Notes under the pieces: generated by a model
What the model was told of the DNA's origin: nothing
What the model saw: the letters and a program-made list of their open reading frames with translations, nothing else
Database searches by the model: none
From: an uncultured delta proteobacterium
GTDB lineage: Bacteria > Desulfobacterota > Desulfobacteria > Desulfobacterales > JAFDCJ01
Reading direction: 5' to 3'
DNA: 64,000 bases
Assembly (NCBI GenBank): GCA_963769935.1
Contig: CAVYNY010000017.1
Location: 128,001 to 192,000 of the forward strand
Made by a program: the position numbers and the translations under genes
Part shown: positions 26,903 through 37,373 of the stretch, piece after piece
How the letters are laid out: the number at the start of each line of letters is the position of its first letter
Position numbering within the stretch: position 1 is the stretch's first letter

Positions 26903-27042
26903 AAATATTCTTAAAATCAAATAATTGCAACCCAATTCCGTTTCGAATCCCAATTTTTAAGTAAGGTCAGGTAAAGCATCTGCGGTAATTTATAACCGAC
27001 TGGTAAATGCCGATTCTTCAATTTAAAGAGGCAGTGCAGCTT

Positions 27043-28119
27043 ATGGTAATCAAAAAACTCCTTAAATTCATAATCTCCTTCTGGGCCATCACCTTATTCT
27101 TAGCGCTTATCACGCCGCCGGGTTCCGTAGCCTCCGATATCGGCAACTGTCTTTTATGCCACAAGTACCCCGGTCTAAGCCGGATAGACGAAAACGGCAA
27201 ATTCAGGCTCATGTACGTCAATGAAGACATATTCAATAAAAGCGTACATGCCAAAGTTAAATGCGAAGGCTGCCACCCGGACATCCAAAAGATTCCCCAC
27301 GAGCCGGCCAAAAAAGTCGACTGCCTGACCCAATGCCACATTATCGAGCCATCCAGCGAAAAAAAATTTTCCCACAAAGATGTCGCGGATTATTTGGCCA
27401 ATAGTGTGCATGCCAAGGTCGATAAAAATGGACAACCCAAAAAATATCAGGAGGATATACCGACGTGCAAGAACTGTCATGAAAACCCGCTTTACCGGCC
27501 GCTGTCTTTTTTCAAACGGGTGCGCCCCGGCATATCCGATGTCGCTATAGGACGGTGCCGGGTTTGTCATAAATCCGATGAATTTATCTATAGATTCTAT
27601 AACCACGTGACGACCAGGCTGCACAAGATCAGAAACCCGAGAAATATCGCCGAAGTGTGTGCCAGATGCCATGACGATGACGAAATCGTCGCGCGGCATA
27701 ACCTGTCCACCAAAGCCGTATTCTCCTACGGCGAAACGTTTCACGGCAAGGCGGCCCGTTTTCTGGATGAAAGAATCCCCGATTGCCTCGACTGTCATGT
27801 CAAACCCGGCGAATCCGTGCACCAGATGCTGAGCCACAACGATCCGAATTCCATCACGCATGTAAACAACCGAGGCAGAATCTGCGCCACTGCGGACTGC
27901 CATCCCAAGGCCACACCGCAAATGGCCAACTACAAAGTTCACGCTGAGTTCAACAAGGAGCAAAGCCCTCTGCAGTATTATTTTCAGGTATTTTTTATCG
28001 TATTGACCGGCGGCACCCTGCTGCCCCTGATGGGCCTGTTGTTTCTCGATTTATTCAGAAGATTGATTCCGCATGCTGCCATCAAACGGAGTAAGTCCAC
28101 CAATGGAAAAACATCTTAA
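27043..28119 (+). CDS. Membrane-anchored multiheme c cytochrome (CbcA-like), module 1
   Basis: 6 CxxCH plus CLTQCH and CATADCH; signal peptide; C-terminal TM helix. Start uncertain (27007 or 27043). Confidence 0.85.
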   Translation: MVIKKLLKFIISFWAITLFLALITPPGSVASDIGNCLLCHKYPGLSRIDENGKFRLMYVNEDIFNKSVHAKVKCEGCHPDIQKIPHEPAKKVDCLTQCHIIEPSSEKKFSHKDVADYLANSVHAKVDKNGQPKKYQEDIPTCKNCHENPLYRPLSFFKRVRPGISDVAIGRCRVCHKSDEFIYRFYNHVTTRLHKIRNPRNIAEVCARCHDDDEIVARHNLSTKAVFSYGETFHGKAARFLDERIPDCLDCHVKPGESVHQMLSHNDPNSITHVNNRGRICATADCHPKATPQMANYKVHAEFNKEQSPLQYYFQVFFIVLTGGTLLPLMGLLFLDLFRRLIPHAAIKRSKSTNGKTS

Positions 28120-28972
28120 AATCAAGATAAAAAACGGCCAAAAATATTTCTACAAATTTACGCCGCTTCAGAGAGCACAGCATATAACCATTGCATCATG
28201 TGTCATCGTGCTGGTCCTGACCGGCATGCCCCTTAAATTTCATGATGCATTCTGGGCGCCCTATCTTTATGCGTTCTTTGGCGGAATTAAGGTGGCCCCG
28301 GTGGTTCATAAGACTGCCGGCACGGTCTTGATGCTTCTTTTTATGTTTCACCTGATTTACGTGTTCTACTGCATCGTGACGGACATGATAATTCCGTTGA
28401 AGAAAAAAAACCAACTGCGGGTAGGCACGGTCCTCAAAACCCTGCTGACCCACCCCATCATGCCAAGCTTCAAGGATGTCAGGGATATCATCGATCTTTT
28501 GAAATATTACCTGTTCTTGACCGATAAACGTCCCGCAGGCGAAAAGTTTACCTGGAAAGAAAAGTTTGACTACTGGGCACCCTTCTGGGGCATCGTCATC
28601 ATGGTGACCACCGGTATCATTATGTGGCAGAAGGAAATCGTTACCAGTATCCTGCCGGGATATGTCATCAACTTCGCCCTGATTGCCCACAGCGACGAAG
28701 CCCTGCTGGCGGCCTTGTTTTTGTTCATCTGGCACTTTTACAATGTGCATTTTTCCACCTCCGTTTTTCCCATGGGTACGGTATTTCTGACGGGATATCT
28801 GCCGGAGCATCTGATGGTCGAAGAACATTATGATTACTACCAGAAAGTCATGAAAGCCGCCGGATTAGAGGATGAGATTCTGGCACCGGATGGTTCGGCA
28901 GCAAAAAAATCGGAAAAAGCGCCGGAACCAACCCGCATCATATCCATCTCGGATCTGCCGCGAGTATCCTGA
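28103..28972 (+). CDS. Diheme cytochrome b (FdnI/Ni_hydr_CYTB family, CbcB-like), module 1
   Basis: QRAQH..LVLTGMP, VH..AG, FH, KFTWKEKFDYWA, IAHSDEALLA..IWHFYNVH; 4 TM helices. Confidence 0.9.
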   Translation: MEKHLKIKIKNGQKYFYKFTPLQRAQHITIASCVIVLVLTGMPLKFHDAFWAPYLYAFFGGIKVAPVVHKTAGTVLMLLFMFHLIYVFYCIVTDMIIPLKKKNQLRVGTVLKTLLTHPIMPSFKDVRDIIDLLKYYLFLTDKRPAGEKFTWKEKFDYWAPFWGIVIMVTTGIIMWQKEIVTSILPGYVINFALIAHSDEALLAALFLFIWHFYNVHFSTSVFPMGTVFLTGYLPEHLMVEEHYDYYQKVMKAAGLEDEILAPDGSAAKKSEKAPEPTRIISISDLPRVS

Positions 28973-28998
28973 GCGGACGCTGAAAGAGGAAGTTATTA

Positions 28999-29877
28999 AT
29001 GAAGACGTTGGTTGCAAAACTATATATCCTGGGGTCTTTGGCTTTAACGGTGATTTTTATCATCATTATCTGGAAGGTGACTTTCGGGCATATTGTCGAA
29101 GAGTATCGCGCCCGCAAGGTGAATGTAGAACTCGCCCAAATAAAAGAAAAGCAGCAAAAGGAAAAAGAGGCAGTCACATTTCAAAAAGCGATTCTGGAAG
29201 GCGAGAAGCGCCAAAAGATTTACCTCGGCTACCGGGTTTTGGAGCAAAGGTGGATAGAAGGCCATTTTCATCACATTGATTTTGATTTCAAGCCGGACAA
29301 GACAAATTACTGCATTGAATGCCACGGCGACCTGCCCCACGACAAGATCAAGGAGTTACGGGCGTTCGGCAATATGCATGCCTCTTTTATGGCCTGCGAG
29401 ACCTGTCATGTCAGGCTTGAGGGGGAAGCCCGGACCGGTGTGTTCAAATGGTACGACCGCCAGGCCGGTCAGATTGTTGAAAGTCCGGTGAAAGAAGGGG
29501 TTCGGCCCGGCATGTATAACGCAAAAATTCTGCCGTTTGAGCGGGTTAACGGACAGCTGCAAAGAGTCGACAATCCGGAAAGAATTGCATTCGCGCACGA
29601 ATACCAGAAAACGGAAAAAGACCTGACCGAGCTGCAAAAGTCCAAGGCCAGAAAAATCATTCATAACATCGTCAGTGAAAAACCCTATTTATGCGAAATG
29701 TGCCACCAGACGGAGAATCCGGTTTTGCCGCTCAAAGAGCTCGGATATCCGCAGCACCGCATTGATACGATCGTCAGCACCGAAGTCATCGGGATGATCA
29801 AAAATTACACCAAGTTCTATATTCCATTGCTGCTGGAGCCCGGGGCGGGAACCCAAGCCCCGGCCCCGCAGCAGTAA
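28999..29877 (+). CDS. Membrane-anchored triheme c cytochrome, module 1
   Basis: N-terminal TM; CIECH, CETCH, CEMCH; RBS GAGGA. Confidence 0.88.
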   Translation: MKTLVAKLYILGSLALTVIFIIIIWKVTFGHIVEEYRARKVNVELAQIKEKQQKEKEAVTFQKAILEGEKRQKIYLGYRVLEQRWIEGHFHHIDFDFKPDKTNYCIECHGDLPHDKIKELRAFGNMHASFMACETCHVRLEGEARTGVFKWYDRQAGQIVESPVKEGVRPGMYNAKILPFERVNGQLQRVDNPERIAFAHEYQKTEKDLTELQKSKARKIIHNIVSEKPYLCEMCHQTENPVLPLKELGYPQHRIDTIVSTEVIGMIKNYTKFYIPLLLEPGAGTQAPAPQQ

Positions 29878-29946
29878 ATATTTAAACAACTATGAACAAT
29901 ATTGAGGCAATTGAAGCCTATCAGAAGGTCTTAAACCTGTCGGCCT

Positions 29947-30033
29947 TGGAGTAATGGAGTGATGGAGTATTGGAGTGTTGGAGTATTGGAAAAAGACATC
30001 AAACCTTTAGCCATTTCTCCAGTACTCCAATAC
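29947..30033. repeat. Octamer (TGGAGTRN) tandem repeat with short inverted arm
   Basis: TGGAGTAA TGGAGTGA TGGAGTAT TGGAGTGT TGGAGTAT, then CTCCAGTACTCCAATAC. Confidence 0.75.
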
Positions 30034-30122
30034 GCTGAAACCGATTTAAATTGAAACCGCACACAACAGGTTACCTTCGTTTGGTTCATAGATCCGAAAA
30101 ATAAAGATAGAGGAGAACTGCT

Positions 30123-31280
30123 TTGGGAATTGGCAGATTAAGCGCTTTTACATCCTGTATTTTTTCCGTTCTTTTTTTGTTGCTGTCTTCCGGCATGGCC
30201 CTGGGAACAAATGCCGTTTCCGACACGGAAAATTGTCTGCTGTGCCATCGATATCCGAGCATCGGCAGATATGATGAAAGCGGAACCAAAAGGGTTTTTT
30301 ATGTCAACGATAAAAAATTTGCCGCCTCAGTTCACGGCAAATTGAAGTGTAAAGATTGTCATGTCGACCTCAACCAGATACCGCACACGGATGTCAAAAA
30401 GGTTGATTGTGCCACCAAATGCCACATCAAGGAGCCCTCAACCAATCAGGAATTCTCCCACATCAACATGATTGAAAAATTCGAGGCCAGCGTCCATGGA
30501 GCCGGAACGGCCGAAAATCCCAAACCTTTTCCCGAAGATTTGCCCACCTGCAAATACTGCCACGAAAATCGCATGTACAACCAGTTGGATGGGGTATGGG
30601 GCAACAGCGCGGCCCTGTCCAATGAAACTCTGGCGCGCTGTGTCGGCTGTCACACGAAGGAAAGCTGGGCTCAAAATTTTTACGCCCATTTTACCCATCG
30701 CATGCGGCGCCGCCGGACCCAGGCCGAAGTCGTAAAATTGTGCACCAGCTGCCATGAAGATACCCATAAAATGGCGCGCCACGGTCTGGAGAGTATTGAG
30801 ACTTATAAAGACACTTTTCACTGGAACCTGGTCAGGTACGGCGTCAAAAACGCCCCGGACTGCATCAGCTGCCATGTACCGGTCGGTTATGCCACTCACG
30901 ACATACGCCCCCGAAGTGATCCGATTTCACCGCTTCACATTTTCAACCGCATCAAGACCTGCAGCAACCAGGGCGGGATTCAGATCTGTCATCCCGGGGC
31001 GACGGCCGAGTTTGCCACCGGCAGAGTGCATGCGTACGGCACAAAAGTTCAGATGCTGGCCGGCACCAACTTCAGTGATTTCAGTAATAAGGAAATGACC
31101 AGCGTACTCAAACGGGCCGAAGCCGATACATCTGAAGCAGAAGTTTTTGATTACAAGGTGCTGCAGTTGATCAAGCTGTTTTATAAAATCATGATCGGCG
31201 GGACGGTTTTGTTTATGGGCTTTCATCAATGGCTGGATTTTTTGCGGACAAAAAGAAGGCAGAAGCAGTCAAAAAAATAA
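30123..31280 (+). CDS. Membrane-anchored multiheme c cytochrome (CbcA-like), module 2
   Basis: Paralog of the 27043 gene (CLLCH.YP, SVH.K.KC..CH, KKVDC..CHI.EPS); 6 CxxCH plus CATKCH and CSNQGGIQICH; C-terminal TM. Confidence 0.85.
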   Translation: MGIGRLSAFTSCIFSVLFLLLSSGMALGTNAVSDTENCLLCHRYPSIGRYDESGTKRVFYVNDKKFAASVHGKLKCKDCHVDLNQIPHTDVKKVDCATKCHIKEPSTNQEFSHINMIEKFEASVHGAGTAENPKPFPEDLPTCKYCHENRMYNQLDGVWGNSAALSNETLARCVGCHTKESWAQNFYAHFTHRMRRRRTQAEVVKLCTSCHEDTHKMARHGLESIETYKDTFHWNLVRYGVKNAPDCISCHVPVGYATHDIRPRSDPISPLHIFNRIKTCSNQGGIQICHPGATAEFATGRVHAYGTKVQMLAGTNFSDFSNKEMTSVLKRAEADTSEAEVFDYKVLQLIKLFYKIMIGGTVLFMGFHQWLDFLRTKRRQKQSKK

Positions 31281-31339
31281 GGCATAATCCGGGATCATAA
31301 ATAACTATTGTAAGACATATTTCCTGAAAGGCCGCTAAC

Positions 31340-32095
31340 ATGGAAATTGAAGAATCAGTATTAAGCGCTGCTGCCGCACCGCCTGTCGAAAATGTCAGGG
31401 GCAGTCGGTATTTTGTGCGACTCAACTATTCCGAAAGGGTGCAGCATTCGGTGTTTGCCATGTGTTTCATTGTCCTGGTCATCACCGGATTCATGCTCAA
31501 AATTCCGGACAGCATCGTGAAGTCCTTTGGAACGGCGGGCGAGATCGTGTTCAGCTACCGCAGCATTTTGCATCGCACGGCCGGCATAATTATGATGCTG
31601 GTGGGTGTCTATCACTTTTATTATCTGATCTTTAAACGGGCGGGCCGTCGCTGGCTGATCGACATGCTGCCGCGCTTAAAAGATTTAAAAGATATGTGCG
31701 ATAATTTCCTCTATTACATCAACCTGAAAGAAGAACCACCTGAATTTGATCGCTTCAGCTATAAACATAAAATCGAATACGGGGCCCTGATTGCCGGCAC
31801 CACGATCGTATCGGTTACCGGACTGATCTTGTGGTCGCAGTACAAATGGAGCAAATTTGTCGTGGACATTGCGGCTCTTGTCCACGGCATGGAAGCCATT
31901 CTTGCGTGTTTGGCAATCATGATATGGCATCTGTATGAAATCCATTTCAGACCGCACAAATCTCCGCTGGACAATACGTGGCTTACCGGAGTGATCGATG
32001 AAGAGGAGATGAAGGAGGAATATGCGCTGCATTACAAAAAGATCATGAATGATCCCGAACTCCAGAAAATATATATCAAAACTGAGGTGAAATAG
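31340..32095 (+). CDS. Diheme cytochrome b (CbcB-like), module 2
   Basis: ERVQH..LVITGF, LHRTAG, YH, RFSYKHKIEY, VHGMEAILA..IWHLYEIH. Confidence 0.9.
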   Translation: MEIEESVLSAAAAPPVENVRGSRYFVRLNYSERVQHSVFAMCFIVLVITGFMLKIPDSIVKSFGTAGEIVFSYRSILHRTAGIIMMLVGVYHFYYLIFKRAGRRWLIDMLPRLKDLKDMCDNFLYYINLKEEPPEFDRFSYKHKIEYGALIAGTTIVSVTGLILWSQYKWSKFVVDIAALVHGMEAILACLAIMIWHLYEIHFRPHKSPLDNTWLTGVIDEEEMKEEYALHYKKIMNDPELQKIYIKTEVK

Positions 32096-32158
32096 CCTCA
32101 GCTGAAAACCTTAAAAAGGATTGTCCTTCGTCAATCATCAATCCAAGGAGGTGGTCGG

Positions 32159-32938
32159 ATGAAAAGTAAATTGAGAATTTTTTTCGTAAAAGCCGTTTTT
32201 GCGATCCCCTTGTTTTTGTTCGGTCTCTGGCTGCTGCAGATGCTCTACTCACCCCACCTAGAAGCCCATAAGGCTGCTGAGACACCGCTGCCCGCCGAGG
32301 AAGAGGGCATATTCAGAAAAATTCTAAAAAGCGATAGGCGCAAACCACAGCCTCATTTTCACATGGTTGATGAAGTCGTGCATCAACCGGAACCGTTTCA
32401 ACCGATTTGTCTTTCGTGTCATGGCACCTTTCCGCACAGCAAGGGAAAGAAGGTCCGCTCTCTTCTCAATCTTCATACGGGTTTTATGGCCTGTGCGGTT
32501 TGCCATTATCGCAGGGATCCTGCCGATAAAACGTTTTCTTTCGTCTGGGTCAATCGCGTGACGGGAATTATTTCCCGCAAGGCGGAGGGGGAATACGGCA
32601 AGTATCCGGCCAAAATTTTTCCGGTCAAATCCACCGTCGAAAATGCAGAGATGGTTATCCACCCGGTCAGCGAAAAAGCGGCCCGGGAGTATCTGGAACT
32701 CAAAGACCAATTTACACCCGACCAAATGGCGGAGGCTAAAATTAAGCTGCATGAACAAATTTCGCAAAAACCGGTATCCTGTGTCGATTGCCATAAAAAA
32801 GATGGTTATCTTAATTTTGCCAAACTCGGGTTCCCCAAAAATCGGGTCAATCATCTGGTATCGACCGAGGTCGCCAGCATGATTGAAAAATATGAAACCT
32901 TCTACCTCCCCGAAGTAATTGATTTTGGCAAGGATTGA
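32159..32938 (+). CDS. Membrane-anchored triheme c cytochrome, module 2
   Basis: N-terminal TM; CLSCH, CAVCH, CVDCH; paralog of the 28999 gene; RBS AAGGAGG. Confidence 0.88.
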   Translation: MKSKLRIFFVKAVFAIPLFLFGLWLLQMLYSPHLEAHKAAETPLPAEEEGIFRKILKSDRRKPQPHFHMVDEVVHQPEPFQPICLSCHGTFPHSKGKKVRSLLNLHTGFMACAVCHYRRDPADKTFSFVWVNRVTGIISRKAEGEYGKYPAKIFPVKSTVENAEMVIHPVSEKAAREYLELKDQFTPDQMAEAKIKLHEQISQKPVSCVDCHKKDGYLNFAKLGFPKNRVNHLVSTEVASMIEKYETFYLPEVIDFGKD

Positions 32939-33020
32939 TAGTTGGTGACCGTTCAGGGTAATGACATCGGATTTCATGGATTTTCATACAAGAGGTATGA
33001 TTTAAAGGCGAATATCGAAA

Positions 33021-33470
33021 ATGGATAAAATAAAACTATTTTCAGCCATGATTTTGCTGATCCTGGCAGCTCCGGTTCTTTCAGCGCAGGGGGCAAATGC
33101 TGAAGACACGCTATCTGTCAGCGGAAAGGCGGTCGTTTTTTTCGGACCTTCACAGGTTGAATATCTTGCCATGAACGATGAGCAAAAACACGCGATCGAT
33201 GAAGAGCTGTACGACTTTTATCACAACAGGGGCGAAGTCAGCCCCTTCCTGGCAGCGAATGATATCCAGGAAATTTCAACCGCCGGGCTTAAAATCCAGG
33301 TCCAGCTCGAAGACAACCAAAGCATTACTTACTATCGCAAGGATTTCGACCGCGTGGTAGGCTTGATATTAACCGATGGCCGGCAGGAGCCCTTAATATT
33401 GCTGGGTGCGATTGCCGTACCCGACCTGAAGGCAGAGTTCGAGGACTATTTCGGCATTAATCCGCCTTGA
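33021..33470 (+). CDS. Secreted hypothetical protein
   Basis: 149 aa ORF with a clear signal peptide and an acidic mature part; no family recognised. Confidence 0.7.
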   Translation: MDKIKLFSAMILLILAAPVLSAQGANAEDTLSVSGKAVVFFGPSQVEYLAMNDEQKHAIDEELYDFYHNRGEVSPFLAANDIQEISTAGLKIQVQLEDNQSITYYRKDFDRVVGLILTDGRQEPLILLGAIAVPDLKAEFEDYFGINPP

Positions 33471-33701
33471 AAATAACATGTTCAGGGTTTGTAGTTTGCT
33501 CGCTGATATCTGAAGAAGTTGCCGGATTGAAAGTCCGGCGGATTAATTATTCAATGCTGCCCATTGTTTTTTTTAAATCGGGTTATGAACCTGGATATAG
33601 CATTGTTCAGGGCGGAGTCATTAGTATTCACCCGGCGATCAATAGTTTTCAGTCTGATGGTTTTGTTGCCGGATGCCGATGGATTCAGACAACCGCGGAC
33701 T

Positions 33702-34655
33702 TTATCGCAGGGCATGACATTTGATGCACAGGGTGTTGGTATCGGCCAGACGCTGCCGCCACTTTTCCCCCGCACCTTTAGCGCCTGCTCTGACATCCGG
33801 AATAACCCCCTTCTCATGCGGGTTATGGCAGGTTGCGCAGGTAATCATTCCATCCTCGGTCAACGGCAAAACGATGTTTTCTTGAACTTCCAGCTGTTTC
33901 ATTCTGTTTAAAACATCAACGGTAGGCTTACGCAGGTGCTTGGCGTGGAAATCCTGCTTGGGAGCCTGCATGTGGCAGCGGATGCAGAGTGCCTTCATAT
34001 TGCCGATAAGCCCGGCATTCCTGGCACTGGTCTGTTTTGTATCCGGCACTTCCGCGTGGCAGTACAGGCATTTGTCCTTTATTATTCTTTTTTGAGCATT
34101 CAGCTGCTGGTGGGGATTATACATCCGGTAGCTTTCAATATTATGGCATCGAAAACAGATGCCGGCTTCGGTTTCAAACGGTCCGCCTCTCAGAAATTTT
34201 TGATCCTTTAAAAATACCCGGTCGAGCGGCCGGTCCTGGCATTGGCTGTAGATATCATGGCAGGTAATGCAGGCTATTTGTCCTTCCCACAGGGGAAATT
34301 GAGCCGGGATCCTGTCTATCATATCCGGAGAGGGCCGGCGGTCGACCGGATGTACATAATTGTTTGTATTGCTGTAATGGCAGCGGCACAATAGTTTAAA
34401 ATCTCCCGCATACCTTAACTGCGGATTACTTCCCTTGCGGGGGATGTTGACGTGGCATTCCGTGCAGTATTGGGCGGAATAATGAATATCGATGGTAGTA
34501 GCCAGTGACGAAAGCTGGAATTTGGGTTGCTCGGGTGCAGTTTTGGGGGCGAGCGAACCTTTTTTGCCGAAGCGGAATTCCTTATTGCGGGTATCCAGGT
34601 AACATCCGGTGATACACAGTGTGATGATGACAACGCTGGCAGTGAATTTTTTCAT
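33702..34655 (-). CDS. Multiheme c cytochrome lipoprotein (7 CxxCH + CRCH)
   Basis: Lipobox ITGC; CTECH, CRCH, CITCH, CFRCH, CLYCH, CIRCH, CATCH, CIKCH. Confidence 0.88.
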   Translation of the reverse strand: MKKFTASVVIITLCITGCYLDTRNKEFRFGKKGSLAPKTAPEQPKFQLSSLATTIDIHYSAQYCTECHVNIPRKGSNPQLRYAGDFKLLCRCHYSNTNNYVHPVDRRPSPDMIDRIPAQFPLWEGQIACITCHDIYSQCQDRPLDRVFLKDQKFLRGGPFETEAGICFRCHNIESYRMYNPHQQLNAQKRIIKDKCLYCHAEVPDTKQTSARNAGLIGNMKALCIRCHMQAPKQDFHAKHLRKPTVDVLNRMKQLEVQENIVLPLTEDGMITCATCHNPHEKGVIPDVRAGAKGAGEKWRQRLADTNTLCIKCHALR

Positions 34656-34765
34656 GAGTCTGTTTATGATTGCCAATTATGTCACATGGTGGTATGGTTT
34701 TTCCATCGTTACCTCTTTATAGCACATACCGGGCGTAAGATAAATAAAAAGGAGGATTTTTTAAA

Positions 34766-36169
<1,404 letters not shown>

Positions 36170-36320
36170 GGCACGTAGCATAGCGCAGAGGGCCAGGGGC
36201 AGAAGGAAGAGCGCAGGAGCCGAGACCATTCGTCCGGCTTTGCAACGAGGGCAGCAAAAAAACAAAATATTTCAAACAGGTTGTAGGAATACCTATAAGT
36301 CAATTAAGTGAGGATAGCAG

Positions 36321-37160
36321 ATGACGAGTTCAATTATATTATCGATGGTAACGTTTGTTTATGGGCTGGCAGCTTGTTTGTATACCTTTGCCTGGGTTTT
36401 TAAAAAGCCGATGGCCGGCAGGCTGGCAACAGGGGTGTCCATTGTCGGGCTGGCCGGCAATGCCGCCGGAATCATAGCAAGGTGGGTGGAGTCGTATTCC
36501 CTGGGCATCGGACATGCGCCGCTTTCCAACCTTTATGAATCCTTGATCTTTTTTTCCGGTACCATCGTGCTGCTTTATCTTTTTATCGAGCAAAAATACA
36601 AAAACCGCACGATTGGCGCCTTTGCCACCCCGCTGGCTTTTTTGGCGCTGGCTTATGCTTCGTTATCACCCAGTATCAGCGATCGAATCCAGCCGCTGCT
36701 GCCGGCTCTTAAAAGCAACTGGCTGATTGCCCACGTCATGACCTGCTTTGTGGGCTACGCGGCCTTTGCCATCGCCTTCGGCATCAGCATCATGTACATT
36801 TTTAAACAGCGGCATGCCGCGGGCGGCGCCGGTTTGCTCGATCGGCTCCCCAACCCCGGGATTCTGGACGAATTGACCCATCAGCTGGTGATGTTCGGAT
36901 TCCTTTTTCTGACGGCCGGTATCATTACGGGCGCCGTCTGGGCCAATTCGGCCTGGGGACGCTACTGGGGCTGGGATCCGAAGGAAACCTGGTCATTGAT
37001 AACCTGGTTTGTCTATGCCACCCTATTGCACGCCCGATTGATGCGGGGCTGGCGCGGCAGGCGCATCGCCCTGATTTCGATCTTCGGATTTGCAGCGGTC
37101 ATGGTTACCTATTTCGGGGTAAATTACCTGCCCGGATTGCACAGCTACGGCAGTCTGTGA
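36321..37160 (+). CDS. ccsA: Cytochrome c biogenesis heme lyase CcsA/ResC (system II)
   Basis: HAPLSNLYES, PALKSNWL..H, WWD domain GAVWANSAWGRYWGWDPKETW, C-terminal GLHSY. Confidence 0.96.
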   Translation: MTSSIILSMVTFVYGLAACLYTFAWVFKKPMAGRLATGVSIVGLAGNAAGIIARWVESYSLGIGHAPLSNLYESLIFFSGTIVLLYLFIEQKYKNRTIGAFATPLAFLALAYASLSPSISDRIQPLLPALKSNWLIAHVMTCFVGYAAFAIAFGISIMYIFKQRHAAGGAGLLDRLPNPGILDELTHQLVMFGFLFLTAGIITGAVWANSAWGRYWGWDPKETWSLITWFVYATLLHARLMRGWRGRRIALISIFGFAAVMVTYFGVNYLPGLHSYGSL

Positions 37161-37373
37161 TGGCCGCATGGGTGAGGATTCGTTTGTAGCGGCAAAGTTC
37201 ACTCCCATTGGCAATAATTAATTGAGTGAATGTTCACACGGTGCAGTTATGCCTTGCGGAGTTGGTTTGAAAGATGAACGTCCAACATCGACGTTCATTT
37301 TTGCAGATCCTACGACCCAAAAAAATGTGGCACTTTTGGAGTTTGTCTCCAGATCAATCAAATCCGGTCTTTG

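Noticed and set aside
29947..29990. Tandem repeats as a CRISPR array
   Set aside because: The units are 8 bp with no unique spacers, and there are no cas genes in the window.
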